A program made the position numbers and the translations under genes. Positions 18,502-29,850 of a DNA stretch of 64,000 nt are shown here, piece by piece. Numbering within the stretch: position 1 is the stretch's first letter; every line of letters begins with the position of its first letter. The notes below the pieces were generated by a model, which saw only the letters and a program-made list of their open reading frames with translations, was not told the origin of the DNA and ran no database searches. The DNA comes from Candidatus Omnitrophota bacterium (GTDB lineage: Bacteria; Omnitrophota; Gorgyraeia; B26-G9). Location: assembly GCA_018817165.1 (NCBI GenBank), contig JAHITY010000062.1:26958-90957 (forward strand), read 5' to 3'.

Positions 18502-19652
18502 CTATGAGTAATGAACTTATAACAGTACTGGATTATATAGAAAGGGAAAAGGGCATTGACCGTGAAATTATTGTCAAAGCCATTGAATCAGCTTTACTTT
18601 CAGCAGCGAAAAAACGTTATGGGGAAGAGGCGGATTTAGAAGTTTCTATTGATTCAAAAACTGGAAATATTAATGTTATGCACGATGGTGTAGATGTGAA
18701 GTCTGGAGAATTCGGAAGAATCGCGGCGCAAACTGCTCGTCAAATAATTACCCAGAAAATACGCGAAGCAGAACGGGAAGTTATTTTTCAGGATTACCAA
18801 ACTAAAATCGGCGATATTACTAATGGGATTGTCCATCGTTTTGAAAAAGGGAATATTATTGTCGATTTGGGGAAATCTGAAGGAGTTTTGTCTTTTAAAG
18901 AAATTTTACCCAAAGAGGAATTCAAGCAAGGCAACAGAGTGCGCGCGCTTATTTTAGATGTTAAAAAGACAAATAAAGGGCCGCAAATAGTGCTTTCAAG
19001 AACTAATGCTGGTTTTGTCAGCAGATTATTTGAATTGGAAGTTCCGGAAATATATGAAGGGATTGTGGAAATAAAGGCAATTTCTCGTCTTGCCGGGGAA
19101 CGCACTAAAGTCGCTGTTTCTTCAAAGGATGATAAAATTGATTGCGTGGGTGCTTGTGTCGGAGTTAGAGGCTCGAGGATTAAAAACATTGTACGGGAAC
19201 TCCAAGGGGAAAAAGTGGATATTGTTCGCTGGAGTGAGGATATTAAGGAATATGTTAAAGCCGCGATTAGTCCGGCAAAAGTTGCCAGCATTGAGCTTTA
19301 TTTAGATGAGAAAAAACTCGATATTGAAGTTGAGGATGATCAGCTTTCGCTAGCTATTGGAAAGCGCGGTCAGAATGTTAGGCTTGCTTCTAAACTGGTT
19401 AATTGGTCGATTAATATCAAAAGTCAATCACAGGGACATGCTGTTATTGAAGAAAAAAAGTTAGATAAGCAGGAATCAGTTTTAGATAAAATATCCGGTA
19501 TCGGCAAGAAAACGCTGGATGCATTGGTCGAAGCTGGTTTTGATGATATTGATGTTTTAAATAATTCTACAGCAGATGATCTTACTAAAGTAAAGGGCGT
19601 TGGTAAAAAACGCGCAGAACAGATAATCGAAGAATTAAAAGATCTTACTTAA
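18495..19652 (+). CDS. nusA: Transcription termination/antitermination factor NusA
   Basis: N-terminal domain, S1 and two KH domains (GACVGVRGSRIKNI), C-terminal HhH region. Confidence 0.9.
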   Translation: MVAMSNELITVLDYIEREKGIDREIIVKAIESALLSAAKKRYGEEADLEVSIDSKTGNINVMHDGVDVKSGEFGRIAAQTARQIITQKIREAEREVIFQDYQTKIGDITNGIVHRFEKGNIIVDLGKSEGVLSFKEILPKEEFKQGNRVRALILDVKKTNKGPQIVLSRTNAGFVSRLFELEVPEIYEGIVEIKAISRLAGERTKVAVSSKDDKIDCVGACVGVRGSRIKNIVRELQGEKVDIVRWSEDIKEYVKAAISPAKVASIELYLDEKKLDIEVEDDQLSLAIGKRGQNVRLASKLVNWSINIKSQSQGHAVIEEKKLDKQESVLDKISGIGKKTLDALVEAGFDDIDVLNNSTADDLTKVKGVGKKRAEQIIEELKDLT

Positions 19653-19682
19653 TAGATTCTATAAACATAAGAAAAGGATGCT

Positions 19683-21689
19683 ATGGGCGTTAGAGTATAC
19701 GAATTAGCTAAAGAATTCGGGATTAGCAGCAAGGACATGGTGCTTAAATTAGAGAAGTTAAATGTCATTGTTAAAGGGCATATGAGCGCTATTGATGAAG
19801 ATACCGCAGAGTTGGTTCGTCATGAATTTGCTCCAAGCCATTCTGAAAAAATTAAAGTTCCCAAAAAAGAAGCGAAAAAAGAATTAAAAAAAGTTGTGGA
19901 AAAAGTTGTGGAAAAAGAAGCAGTTAATCCTGCGGCCAAGACAATTATTGGGAAAGTGCCGATGAGTGTAAAAGAGCTTTCCGCAAAAATGCAAATCAAT
20001 CCTGCCGAGATAATAAAAAAATTGATGGGTTTGAAAATTATGGCAACGGTCAATCAAAGCTTGGATAAAGATGTTTTAGAGCTTATTTGTTTGGAATTTG
20101 ATTGTCATTTTGAAAAAGAACTTAATGCTGAGGAAAAGCTTTTAGTAAAACATATTCACTCTGAGGATAAATCAAGACATCCTCGTCCTGCAGTAGTTAC
20201 TCTTATGGGGCATGTTGATCATGGAAAAACATCATTATTAGATGTAATTAGAAAGTCTAATATCACTAATAAAGAATCCGGAGGAATTACCCAGCATATC
20301 GGTGCTTATGAAGTTATGCTGGAAAAGGGAAGTATAACTTTTCTTGATACTCCTGGACATCAAGCTTTTACTGCTATGCGTGCGCGGGGAGCAAATATAA
20401 CTGACATTGTAATAATTGTTGTGGCAGCTGATGACGGGTTAATGCCACAGACTATTGAAGCAATCAATCATGCTAAAGCTGCGCAAGTCCCGATAATAGT
20501 GGCGGTTAATAAAATGGATGTGCGCGGGGCTGATATTGATAATGTAAAACGTCAATTAGCTGAGATTAATTTAACTCCTGAGGATTGGGGAGGAAAAACA
20601 ATGACTATTCCTGTTTCAGCTAAAGAAGGGACCGGGATAGATCATTTGCTGGAAATGATCATTCTTGAGGCAGAAATGCTAGAATTAAAAGCTAATGAAG
20701 AAGGTTTGGCTAGAGGGGCAATAATCGAAAGTAAGCTTTCTAAAGGAAGTGGACCAACAGCAACTATTTTGGTCCAGAACGGGACATTGAGAATTGGTGA
20801 TATTTTTGTTTGCGGTAATACTTTTGGTAAAGTCCGTTCAATGATTAATGATGCTGGACAAAGAGTTGAGCAAGCTGGACCTTCTGTTCCGGTTGAAATA
20901 TCAGGATTGTCTCAAGTCCCTCAGGTCGGTGATGAGTTCTTTGTGGTTGAAGATGAACGCAAAGCTAAAGAAATATGTATTAATAAACATGAAGCTCTAA
21001 GACGGGAAAGATTAGTCCCGGCGCAAAGAGCGACATTAGAACAGATTTTTGAACAAGCCCTAACCGGTAAGATAAAAGAACTGTATTTGATAATAAAAGC
21101 GGATGTTCAGGGATCTTTAGAGGCCTTAAGTAGTTCTTTAGAAGATTTGTCTACTGATGACATTAGAGTAAGGATAATTCATTCTCAGGTCGGCAATATT
21201 AATGAATCAGATGTTATGCTGGCAATAGCAAGTAAAGCGATTATTCTTGGCTTTCATGTGGGTGTTGAATTAAAGGCTAATGAAACAGCCGCGAAAAAGG
21301 GCGTGGATATTAGATTATATAGAATAATTTATGAAGCCATAAATGAAGTTCGTTTAAGTATGGAAGGGTTGCTTGATCCAACAATAAGAGAAACTTTTAT
21401 TGGCCGGGCAAAAGTACTGCAGGTTTTTGCGGTTTCTAAAGTGGGCAAGATTGCCGGATCAACTGTTGTTAAAGGTAAATTTGTTCGCAATTCTGATCTG
21501 TTGAGAGTTTTTAGAGGTGAGCAGTGTGTTTATGAAGGAAAAATGGATTCTTTAAAACGATATAAAGACGATGTTAAAGAAGTTGGAGAAGGTCTTGAAT
21601 GCGGAATAGGTTTTGATAAGTTCAGCTCGATTGAGCCGGATGATATCATTGAATGTTACCGCGTTGAAAAGATCGCTCGCAAACTCTAA
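19683..21689 (+). CDS. infB: Translation initiation factor IF-2
   Basis: G domain [12 protein letters not shown]...DTPGH...NKMD; 668 aa. Confidence 0.95.
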   Translation: MGVRVYELAKEFGISSKDMVLKLEKLNVIVKGHMSAIDEDTAELVRHEFAPSHSEKIKVPKKEAKKELKKVVEKVVEKEAVNPAAKTIIGKVPMSVKELSAKMQINPAEIIKKLMGLKIMATVNQSLDKDVLELICLEFDCHFEKELNAEEKLLVKHIHSEDKSRHPRPAVVTLMGHVDHGKTSLLDVIRKSNITNKESGGITQHIGAYEVMLEKGSITFLDTPGHQAFTAMRARGANITDIVIIVVAADDGLMPQTIEAINHAKAAQVPIIVAVNKMDVRGADIDNVKRQLAEINLTPEDWGGKTMTIPVSAKEGTGIDHLLEMIILEAEMLELKANEEGLARGAIIESKLSKGSGPTATILVQNGTLRIGDIFVCGNTFGKVRSMINDAGQRVEQAGPSVPVEISGLSQVPQVGDEFFVVEDERKAKEICINKHEALRRERLVPAQRATLEQIFEQALTGKIKELYLIIKADVQGSLEALSSSLEDLSTDDIRVRIIHSQVGNINESDVMLAIASKAIILGFHVGVELKANETAAKKGVDIRLYRIIYEAINEVRLSMEGLLDPTIRETFIGRAKVLQVFAVSKVGKIAGSTVVKGKFVRNSDLLRVFRGEQCVYEGKMDSLKRYKDDVKEVGEGLECGIGFDKFSSIEPDDIIECYRVEKIARKL

Positions 21690-21697
21690 TTTAGCCC

Positions 21698-22681
21698 ATG
21701 AAAAAAAAGATTCTAAGCGGGATGCGCCCCACCGGAAAACTTCATTTAGGCCACCTTGTTGGTGCGCTTAAAAACTGGAGTAAATTGCAGGATGAGTATG
21801 ATTGCTTGTTTATGGTTGCTGATTGGCATGCCTTGATGAGTGAATACAAAAATCCTGAAAACCTAAAAGAATATGCTTTGGATAATGTTATTGATTGGAT
21901 CAGTTGTGGTATTGATCCGGAAAAATCAACTTTATTCATTCAGTCCCAGGTTCAGGAACATTTGGAGCTATATATGACTCTTTCCTGTATTACTCCTTTG
22001 GGCTTGCTGGAGAGATGTCCTACTTATAAAGAACAGTTGCGTGAGCTTAAGACCCGGGAAGTAAATAATTATGCTTTTCTGGGTTATCCTGTTTTGCAGG
22101 CTGCAGACATTTTGCTGTATAAGGCTGAGGTTGTGCCAGTGGGTGAGGATCAATTACCCCACTTGGAACTTACGCGGGAGCTTTCCAATCGATTTAATTC
22201 AAATTTTAAACAGCAGGTATTTCCTGAACCTCAAGCTATGTTAACCCAGTTTCCGCGTCTGCTTGGGCTTGACGGAAGAAAAATGTCTAAAAGTTATGAT
22301 AATTATATTGGCTTAAGTGATGATTCGGATATCATATTTGCTAAAGTAAAAACCATGATCACTGATCCTAAAAGAATCAGAAAAACAGATCCCGGGGATC
22401 CTGAGGTTTGCAATGTTCATAGTTATTATAAGGTGTTTAGTGATCAACAAATGTGCGCAACTGTAGAGAAGCAGTGTCAAAATGCTGAGATTGGCTGTAC
22501 TGATTGTAAAAAAAGATTAGGGGACATCTTGGTGAAATTTCTCGAGCCAATACAGGCAAAAAGAAAAGAATTATTAAATGATAAGAAAATAATCTTAAAA
22601 ATTTTGGAAACAGGCCAAGAAAAGGCCGCAACTATTGCGGGAGCTACCATGAAGCAAGTCCGTCAGGCGGTAGGCTTATGA
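21698..22681 (+). CDS. trpS: Tryptophanyl-tRNA synthetase
   Basis: Class I motifs GKLHLGHLVGAL and KMSKS; 327 aa. Confidence 0.9.
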   Translation: MKKKILSGMRPTGKLHLGHLVGALKNWSKLQDEYDCLFMVADWHALMSEYKNPENLKEYALDNVIDWISCGIDPEKSTLFIQSQVQEHLELYMTLSCITPLGLLERCPTYKEQLRELKTREVNNYAFLGYPVLQAADILLYKAEVVPVGEDQLPHLELTRELSNRFNSNFKQQVFPEPQAMLTQFPRLLGLDGRKMSKSYDNYIGLSDDSDIIFAKVKTMITDPKRIRKTDPGDPEVCNVHSYYKVFSDQQMCATVEKQCQNAEIGCTDCKKRLGDILVKFLEPIQAKRKELLNDKKIILKILETGQEKAATIAGATMKQVRQAVGL

Positions 22682-23421
22682 GTTATAAAATTAAGTTAGA
22701 AATATTTGAGGGTCCATTAGACTTGCTGCTTTATTTGATTAAACGAAATCATTTGGATATTACGAATATCCCAATTGCTAAGGTAACAGAGCAATACATG
22801 CAGTATATGGAGCTGATGCGTTTGCTTGATTTGGGGATTGCCGGAGAGTTTTTGGTAATGGCAGCGACTTTAATGCACATAAAATCTAAAATGCTTTTGC
22901 CTCCGGATCAAACCGAAGAAGAAGTTTTGGAAGAGGATCCGCGAGCTGAGTTGATTAAAAAACTTTTAGAGTATAAAAAATTTAAGGAAGCAGCTAGTTT
23001 TTTAGAAAACAAAGAATCAATCCAGCGGAAAGTGTTTAAACGGGTAAATCCCTCGGCTAATGTGGAAGGCGAGGAAGAGATATTTTTTGAAACCCGACTG
23101 TTTGATTTAATTGGAGCTTTTTCAAAAGCATTACGTGATATTCCGAAGGATCTGTTTCGGGAAATCATGAAAGATGAATTTACTGTTGAAGGTAAAATTC
23201 ATGATTTGCTGCATACTCTTGTGGAAAAAAGAAAAATTCTTTTAAATGATCTCTTCGCGGAATCAAAAAATAAGTATGAAGTAATTGTGACTTTTCTGGC
23301 TGTTTTGGAACTTATCCGTCAAAAAGAAATTGTTGGTGCGCAAAAAGGACTATTTGGAGAAATCTTTATTTTTTTAAATGAAGAAAGAATCTTGCCGTCA
23401 ATGCATGTAAGTACAATATAG
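22678..23421 (+). CDS. scpA: Segregation and condensation protein A
   Basis: N-terminus IKLEIFEGPLDLLLYLIKRNHLDITNIPIAKVTEQY is typical of ScpA. Confidence 0.85.
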   Translation: MSYKIKLEIFEGPLDLLLYLIKRNHLDITNIPIAKVTEQYMQYMELMRLLDLGIAGEFLVMAATLMHIKSKMLLPPDQTEEEVLEEDPRAELIKKLLEYKKFKEAASFLENKESIQRKVFKRVNPSANVEGEEEIFFETRLFDLIGAFSKALRDIPKDLFREIMKDEFTVEGKIHDLLHTLVEKRKILLNDLFAESKNKYEVIVTFLAVLELIRQKEIVGAQKGLFGEIFIFLNEERILPSMHVSTI

Positions 23422-23432
23422 GAGTTTTTATT

Positions 23433-24332
23433 ATGATCGAACTGGAGTTAAATAAAATTATCGAGGCGCTTTTGTTTGTCAGCGAGAAACCTCTTACTAT
23501 AAAACAAATTATTGAGGTTTGCCCAAAAGCGACTCCTGGAGATATTAAAAAAACGCTTAAGGATTTAAAGGAGCAGTATAGCGCGCCGGAAAGAGGTGTG
23601 CAGATCATTGAAGTTGCTGGCGGGTATCAGTTTTGCTCTCATCCCGACTGTGAGCCATATCTGAGTAAGCTTTATAAAACAAAAAAAGTTTTTCGGTTGT
23701 CCGGCCCGGCATTAGAGACTTTAGCGATAATTACTTATAAACAGCCTGTAACCAAAGCGGAAATGGAATTTATTCGCGGGGTAAATGTTGATGGCGTTAT
23801 GAAAAGTTTGGAAGATCGTGAACTGATAAAGATTAAAGGTCGTAAAGAAGTTGCCGGCAGGCCGATTCTTTATGGAACTAGTGATAAGTTTTTACATTAT
23901 TTTGGCTTAAAATCATTACAGGATTTGCCTAGTCTGGAGGAGTTTGCCGCTACTGCTTTGGAAAAAGAAGCACAAATCAAGCAAGAGCATGATGAAGAAA
24001 ACGAGCTCAATGAACAAGTAGAGCAAAATGGAGAACAAGCTGATATAAAAAAGCAAGAGCCGGAAAACGTCGATTCAGATTCAGAGCAGGATTTATCAGA
24101 AAATGATTCCGAGCTTGAGATAGAAGAAATTGATCAGAAAAATGATAATTATGAAAATACTGATGATTCTGAAGCTGAAATAAAATTAGATTCTGAATTG
24201 GAATCAGGAGCAGCTGTGGAAGAGATTTTGGAATCTGAGGATGAAAAAACGCCTTCAGAACAAATGCAAACTCAAACAGGAGATGCATGTGATGAGCAAG
24301 ATGAACATACAGAAATTGCGAAAAGCAATTGA
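23433..24332 (+). CDS. scpB: Segregation and condensation protein B with long acidic C-terminal extension
   Basis: ScpB winged-helix domains (IIEALLFVSEKPL...), then about 110 aa of E/D/Q-rich low complexity. Confidence 0.8.
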   Translation: MIELELNKIIEALLFVSEKPLTIKQIIEVCPKATPGDIKKTLKDLKEQYSAPERGVQIIEVAGGYQFCSHPDCEPYLSKLYKTKKVFRLSGPALETLAIITYKQPVTKAEMEFIRGVNVDGVMKSLEDRELIKIKGRKEVAGRPILYGTSDKFLHYFGLKSLQDLPSLEEFAATALEKEAQIKQEHDEENELNEQVEQNGEQADIKKQEPENVDSDSEQDLSENDSELEIEEIDQKNDNYENTDDSEAEIKLDSELESGAAVEEILESEDEKTPSEQMQTQTGDACDEQDEHTEIAKSN

Positions 24333-25362
24333 TCTAATTGATGAAAAATTAATTGAGCTGCTAAATAAGCGTACCAATTATGCTATTGAAATCGGTAAGC
24401 TTAAAAAAATGACAGGCGAGCCTGTGTTTATGCCCGCCCGTGAGCAAAAAGTGTATGACAATGTGTGCAAATTCAATAAAGGCCCGCTTGATAGTAAAAT
24501 GCTTATGGCTATATACAGAGAAATAATGTCTTCAACGATTATGCTGCAGCATCCGATGAAAGTAGCTTATCTTGGTCCACAGGCAACTTTTACTAATTTG
24601 GCTTCGATTAAAAAATTTGGTTCTCAGGTTGAGTATATTGCCAGTCAAACAATTACTGATGTTTTTTCGGAAGTAGAAAGGGGTAATTGTGACTTTGGCG
24701 TAGTTCCAGTAGAAAATTCGATTGAAGGTGCTGTGAATCATACATTGGATATGCTGGTTGATTCTGATTTGAATATTTGTTCGGAAATTCGTTTGGATAT
24801 CGCCCATAATCTTATGGCTAAATGTCTGCTTAAAGATATAAAGCGGATATATAGCAAAGATCAGGTTTTTGGCCAATGCCGGATTTGGATTGAAACCCAT
24901 TTACCGAACTGTGAATTAATTGAGGTTAATAGTACAACTAAAGCTGCGGAAATTGCGGGCAAAGAGGAAAATTCAGCAGCTATTGCCAGCTCTTTGGCAG
25001 CCCAGGTTTATCAGCTTGATATCTTAGCTGAATCAATCGAAGATTCTCCGCATAATATGACCAGGTTTCTGGTCATTGGAAAAAAACAGGCAAAGCCGAC
25101 AAAGCGGGATAAGACTTCAATTGTTTTTTCAATAAAAGATAAGGTGGGAGCTTTGCACGATATGATTAATGTGTTTAGTTCTGCTAAAATAAATTTAACC
25201 AAAATCGAATCAAGACCTTCAAAAAGAAAAGCCTGGGATTATTATTTTTTCGTTGATATGCAGGGGCATATGAGTGACCCAAAATTAAAAAAAGCTTTTG
25301 CGCAGCTTGAGAAAAAATGTTATTTTCTTAAGGTTATTGGTTCCTATCCAATGAGTATTTAA
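24301..25362 (+). CDS. pheA: Bifunctional chorismate mutase / prephenate dehydratase (P-protein)
   Basis: CM domain (LRKAIDLIDEKLIELLNKR), PDT domain and C-terminal ACT. The ORF opens at 24241, but the start is more likely the Met at 24292 or 24301, to limit overlap with scpB. Confidence 0.75.
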   Translation: MNIQKLRKAIDLIDEKLIELLNKRTNYAIEIGKLKKMTGEPVFMPAREQKVYDNVCKFNKGPLDSKMLMAIYREIMSSTIMLQHPMKVAYLGPQATFTNLASIKKFGSQVEYIASQTITDVFSEVERGNCDFGVVPVENSIEGAVNHTLDMLVDSDLNICSEIRLDIAHNLMAKCLLKDIKRIYSKDQVFGQCRIWIETHLPNCELIEVNSTTKAAEIAGKEENSAAIASSLAAQVYQLDILAESIEDSPHNMTRFLVIGKKQAKPTKRDKTSIVFSIKDKVGALHDMINVFSSAKINLTKIESRPSKRKAWDYYFFVDMQGHMSDPKLKKAFAQLEKKCYFLKVIGSYPMSI

Positions 25363-25422
25363 AGCAAGCTATATATTTATAGACGTATTGTTGATTATTC
25401 AATATTTTTTGAGGGCTTTAAA

Positions 25423-26529
25423 ATGAATCTTAAAAAAGTAGTCAGAGAAGTTGTTGCCGGGATTAAGCCTTATATCCCGGGGAAACCGATCGAAGAAGTA
25501 AAAAGAGAGTATAAACTGAAAGAAGTTTATAAGATGGCTTCTAATGAAAATCCTTTGGGACCTTCACCGCGTGCAGTTTCCGCGATAAAAAAAGCTTTAG
25601 CCGGAATTAATTTATATCCAGATGGTTCTTGTTTTTATCTTAAAAAAGCTCTATCTGCAAAATATAAACTAGATATGGAAAATCTTGTAATTGGCAATGG
25701 TTCTGATGAGCTGATTGTTTTGGCTTTGCACGCGTTTATAAATAAAGGGGATGAAGTTATTATTGCTGATCCCACTTTTTTGGTATATAAGCTAGCGGCG
25801 ACATTGATCGAAGCAAAGGTAATCTCAGTGCCGCTTAAAGATTTTCAATATGATCTTGTGTCGATGAAGGCTAAAATTACTAAAAAAACAAAAATGATTT
25901 TCATTGCTAACCCGGATAATCCAACCGGAAGCTATGTGAATAATAAGCAGGTTGCGGAATTTCTAAAAGCATTGCCCAAACATGTAATTGTTTTTTTTGA
26001 TGAAGCTTATTTTGAATACGCGCAAAATATAAAAGATTATCCAGATACATTGAAATATTTAAATCAAGGTAATATCATTGTCAGCCGGACTTTTTCAAAA
26101 ATTTATGGTTTGGGTGGATTACGTGTTGGTTGGGCAGCGGCAAGCAAGGAGATTATTGGCTATTTAAATCAGGTGCGTGAACCGTTTAATGTTAATACTC
26201 TGGCCCAAGTCGGGGCAATTGCCGCTTTGAATGATAAAGCGCATATCGCTAAATCAAGAAAGCTGGTGGAAAAAGGACTTAAGTTTTTCACTCAAGAGTT
26301 TAAAATGCTTGATTTATTCTTTGTTCCCAGCGCGGCCAATTTTATCTTAGTTAAGGTGGGAGCAAATTCCAAAATTATTTATGAAAAATTGCTCAGCAAA
26401 GGAATAATTGTTCGGGAAATGTCAGCTTGGGGATTAAAGGGTTTTATTCGAATTACAATCGGCAATTCCAAAGAAAACAATTTATTTATAACGGAACTTA
26501 AAAAAACATTAAAAACAGGAAATAGCTAA
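25423..26529 (+). CDS. hisC: Histidinol-phosphate / aromatic aminotransferase (class II PLP aminotransferase)
   Basis: SNENPLGPSP motif and PLP-lysine region (SRTFSKIYGLGGLRVG). Confidence 0.8.
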   Translation: MNLKKVVREVVAGIKPYIPGKPIEEVKREYKLKEVYKMASNENPLGPSPRAVSAIKKALAGINLYPDGSCFYLKKALSAKYKLDMENLVIGNGSDELIVLALHAFINKGDEVIIADPTFLVYKLAATLIEAKVISVPLKDFQYDLVSMKAKITKKTKMIFIANPDNPTGSYVNNKQVAEFLKALPKHVIVFFDEAYFEYAQNIKDYPDTLKYLNQGNIIVSRTFSKIYGLGGLRVGWAAASKEIIGYLNQVREPFNVNTLAQVGAIAALNDKAHIAKSRKLVEKGLKFFTQEFKMLDLFFVPSAANFILVKVGANSKIIYEKLLSKGIIVREMSAWGLKGFIRITIGNSKENNLFITELKKTLKTGNS

Positions 26530-26546
26530 ATAGAGGAGACGTCAAA

Positions 26547-27560
26547 ATGATTATAGTTCTTAAGCCGCATACGTCAAAAGAAGATAAGGATAAAATACTG
26601 GATAAAATCCATTCGCTTGGTTTGAAAACTTTGGTTTCCGAGGGAGTTGAACGTTCGATAATCGGGATCATTGGAGAAGAAGATATTATTCGCATGCAGC
26701 CTTTAGAAGCCTATCATGGAGTGGAAAGTGTTATTCCTGTGTTGGCGCCTTATAAGCTTGTTTCTCGAGAATTTAAACCGGAAAACAGTATTATTAAAAT
26801 TAAAGACCAGGAAATCGGCAGTCAGAGAATAAGTATAATGGCCGGTCCTTGCGCTATTGAAAATTATGATTCACTGCGGGCGATTGCTCGAGTAGTTAAA
26901 CAAAAAGGGGCAACGATATTAAGAGGCGGCGCGTTCAAACCGAGAACTTCACCATATTCTTTTCAGGGCTTAGGCGAAGAAGGCTTAAAAATAATGAAAC
27001 AGGTTTGTGATGAGTTTGGGCTGCTGAGTGTTACGGAAATTATGGATCCGCGTGACATGCCTTTGATGCACAAATATGTGGACATTATTCAGATCGGGGC
27101 AAGAAATATGCAGAATTTTAATTTGCTCAAAGAAGTGGGTAAATCAAAAATTCCGGTTTTGCTCAAACGAGGAATGATGTCGACAATAAATGAGTTTTTA
27201 ATGAGCGCGGAATATATATTAAGCGAAGGTAATTTTAATGTTATTCTCTGTGAAAGAGGAATTAGAACGTTCGAGACTTATACCCGTAACACTTTGGATA
27301 TCAATGCTGTGCCGGTGATAAAAAAACTTTCCCATCTGCCGATAATTGTTGACCCCAGTCATGCTACAGGAAAGTGGGAATTAGTTATTCCGGCAAGCCT
27401 TGCTTCTATTGCGGCTGGTGCTGATGGGTTAATCATTGAAGTGCATACTAATCCGGAAATTGCCGCTTCTGATGGGTCTCAGACCTTGAACCCGAAAAAT
27501 TTTGAAAAATTAGTTAAAGAAGTCAGCGCAATAGCAAATGCAGTTGGCCGAAAAATTTAA
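26547..27560 (+). CDS. aroF: DAHP synthase, class I-beta with N-terminal regulatory domain
   Basis: N-terminal ferredoxin-like domain plus a KDO8P/DAHP synthase core (AGPCAIE, KPRTSPYSFQG, DPSH). Confidence 0.85.
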   Translation: MIIVLKPHTSKEDKDKILDKIHSLGLKTLVSEGVERSIIGIIGEEDIIRMQPLEAYHGVESVIPVLAPYKLVSREFKPENSIIKIKDQEIGSQRISIMAGPCAIENYDSLRAIARVVKQKGATILRGGAFKPRTSPYSFQGLGEEGLKIMKQVCDEFGLLSVTEIMDPRDMPLMHKYVDIIQIGARNMQNFNLLKEVGKSKIPVLLKRGMMSTINEFLMSAEYILSEGNFNVILCERGIRTFETYTRNTLDINAVPVIKKLSHLPIIVDPSHATGKWELVIPASLASIAAGADGLIIEVHTNPEIAASDGSQTLNPKNFEKLVKEVSAIANAVGRKI

Positions 27561-27580
27561 AAACACAAAAAGATTAGCTT

Positions 27581-28426
27581 ATGAAAATAAAATTTAAAAA
27601 TGTAGTGATTGTTGGCCCGGGATTGATCGGCGGCTCAATCGGCTTGGTTTTACGCAAGCAAAAAATGGCGGAAAATATTATCGGAGTTGCCCGCCATAAA
27701 GCTACTTTGCTTAAGGCTAAGAAAAAAGAATCAATTATAACCGGAGTTACTGATTTAAAAAAAGCGGTGGCTGATGCTGATTTAGTTGTGTTGGCAACGC
27801 CGGTTATGACGATTAAAGGGATTCTTAGCAGTATTAGTCATTTGCTGAAAAAAGATTGTATTGTTATGGATGTAGGGAGTACAAAGGCAGAGATTGTGGC
27901 TTACGCGGAAAACGTTTTGCCGGATAATGTTTATTTTATTGGAACCCATCCCATGGCTGGTTCGGAAAAAGCCGGAGCCGAATTTGCTTCCGATGCATTA
28001 TTTGATGATTCAATATGTTTTATTACAAAAAATTCTAAATCTAATCGAGCAGCTTTGACAGTAGTAACAAATCTTTGGAAAATGCTCGGCGCAAGAACGG
28101 TGTTGATCGATCCTAAACAGCATGATGATATTGTGGCACAGATAAGTCACTTGCCGCATTTAGTTAGTGTTGCTTTGGTTGATTCTATTAGTTCGGGATT
28201 TTTTAAATTCGCCGCATCCGGGTTTAAAGATACTACCCGGATTGCCGCGGGTGATCCGCAAATTTGGCGGGATATATCTTTTAGCAATAAAGAAGCGATT
28301 TTAAACGCGATTGCTAATTTTGAGAAAAAACTGGCTTTAATTAAAAAAGCAATTAAAAACAATCAAAAACAAATTCTTGTTCGACAGCTAATAAATGTCA
28401 AAAGAAAAAGAGATTCTTTAAAGTGA
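27581..28426 (+). CDS. tyrA: Prephenate dehydrogenase
   Basis: Rossmann motif VIVGPGLIGGSIG and the THPMAGSEKAG catalytic region. Confidence 0.8.
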   Translation: MKIKFKNVVIVGPGLIGGSIGLVLRKQKMAENIIGVARHKATLLKAKKKESIITGVTDLKKAVADADLVVLATPVMTIKGILSSISHLLKKDCIVMDVGSTKAEIVAYAENVLPDNVYFIGTHPMAGSEKAGAEFASDALFDDSICFITKNSKSNRAALTVVTNLWKMLGARTVLIDPKQHDDIVAQISHLPHLVSVALVDSISSGFFKFAASGFKDTTRIAAGDPQIWRDISFSNKEAILNAIANFEKKLALIKKAIKNNQKQILVRQLINVKRKRDSLK

Positions 28427-28444
28427 GAGTATAATAGGATAGTT

Positions 28445-29113
28445 ATGATTATTGCTGTTGACGGACCTGCCGGTGCTGGAAAAAGTACAATTGCCAAATT
28501 GCTGGCTGAGAAATTAGGATTTCTATATGTTGATACCGGGGCTATGTATAGGGCTCTGACGCTAAAAGCGGACAATCAAAATATGGATTTTTCTGATATT
28601 CCGGGTTTGGTTAAAATGGCAGAAAAAACAAAAATTGTTTTAGAAAAAAATAAAAAGGGTAAAACAATTGTTTTTTTGGATGGATTTGATGTGAGTGACG
28701 CGATTCGCGAGCCAATTATCACCAATGCTGTTTATAAATTAGCGCGTTTAGCGGAAATACGCCAGATTATGGTATCTTGGCAGCGTGATTATGGAAAAAA
28801 ACACAGTATTGTTATGGAAGGCCGAGATATTGGTACAGTAGTTTTTCCTAAGGCTGAGATAAAATTTTATCTTGATGCTACTGCTGAAATTAGAGCAAAA
28901 CGCCGGATGATTGAGTTAAAAGAAAAAGAAATTGATATTTTACTCGAGGAACTTATTAAACAAATTGAAGAGCGTGATCATAAAGATAAAACTAGAAAAT
29001 GCGGGCCATTAAAAATTGATGATGATGCAATTTATATTGATTCATCTGCTTTGGATATCCCGCAAGTGGTGGATACAATGCTTAATTACTTAAAGGATTA
29101 TAATGAAAAATAG
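28445..29113 (+). CDS. cmk: Cytidylate kinase
   Basis: IIAVDGPAGAGKSTIAKLLAEKLGFLYVDTGAMYRA. Confidence 0.9.
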   Translation: MIIAVDGPAGAGKSTIAKLLAEKLGFLYVDTGAMYRALTLKADNQNMDFSDIPGLVKMAEKTKIVLEKNKKGKTIVFLDGFDVSDAIREPIITNAVYKLARLAEIRQIMVSWQRDYGKKHSIVMEGRDIGTVVFPKAEIKFYLDATAEIRAKRRMIELKEKEIDILLEELIKQIEERDHKDKTRKCGPLKIDDDAIYIDSSALDIPQVVDTMLNYLKDYNEK

Positions 29114-29735
29114 TTTTTATTTGTTCTGTAGATTTCTCCTTTTTTTAAAATTAAAGGTATTGTTTTTTTTTAAAGTTAAGGGCAGAGGTTTTGTTCCCAA
29201 GAGGGGCGGATGCATAATCGCTTCTAATCACTTGAGTTATTTAGATCCGATTGTTCTCGCGGTGGCTAGTCCCCGAATTCTCAGTTTTATGGCCAAAAAG
29301 GAGCTGTTTAGTCAGCATGGTAATTTTTTTAAATGGTTAATAACTGCTTTGAATGCTTTTCCTTTGGAACGAGGTACTGCGGATTTAAAGGCAATCCGGT
29401 TTGCTATAAATAAATTAAAAAATGGTCATTGCTTGATTGTTTTTCCCGAAGGTACGCGCAGTAAATCAGGAGAAGTAAAGGATCCGCAATCCGGCGTAAG
29501 CATGTTGGCGGCTAAAGCTAATGTCCCAGTAATTCCGGCTTTTATTACTGGTTCAGATAAGGCTTTACCTGCTGAATCTAAAAAAATCGCTTTTTTTACC
29601 CCAATGAGTGTGCGTTTTGGTCCTGCGCTTACATTTAAGCCAGATCCCAGCCGAAATGATATAAAAGCTGATTATCAAATATTTTCCAATCAGATTATCG
29701 AGCAGATCAGGCTTTTAGAGGATTTTGAAAAGTAG
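29103..29735 (+). CDS. plsC: 1-acyl-sn-glycerol-3-phosphate acyltransferase
   Basis: NHLSYLDP (HX4D) and FPEGTRS motifs. Confidence 0.8.
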   Translation: MKNSFYLFCRFLLFLKLKVLFFFKVKGRGFVPKRGGCIIASNHLSYLDPIVLAVASPRILSFMAKKELFSQHGNFFKWLITALNAFPLERGTADLKAIRFAINKLKNGHCLIVFPEGTRSKSGEVKDPQSGVSMLAAKANVPVIPAFITGSDKALPAESKKIAFFTPMSVRFGPALTFKPDPSRNDIKADYQIFSNQIIEQIRLLEDFEK

Positions 29736-29850
29736 AAATTGAATCCTGTTTATATTGTATATGTTTTCTTAAAAATAGCTTGAAAACAATATACATATTT
29801 GTTATACTCTACAGAACCAAATATAAAATAAAGAAGGAGGTTGTAATGAA

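Noticed and set aside
18794-19291. 165-aa minus-strand ORF (and the many other 60-120 aa minus-strand ORFs in the track)
   Set aside because: Fully nested within well-supported + strand genes (here nusA); low-complexity translations, no RBS, no motifs; shadow ORFs typical of AT-rich DNA.
24241-24300. Upstream extension of pheA given by the ORF track (start at 24241)
   Set aside because: It would overlap the scpB 3' end by about 90 nt and adds a non-conserved basic peptide; the chorismate-mutase helix begins at the downstream Met, so 24292/24301 is preferred.
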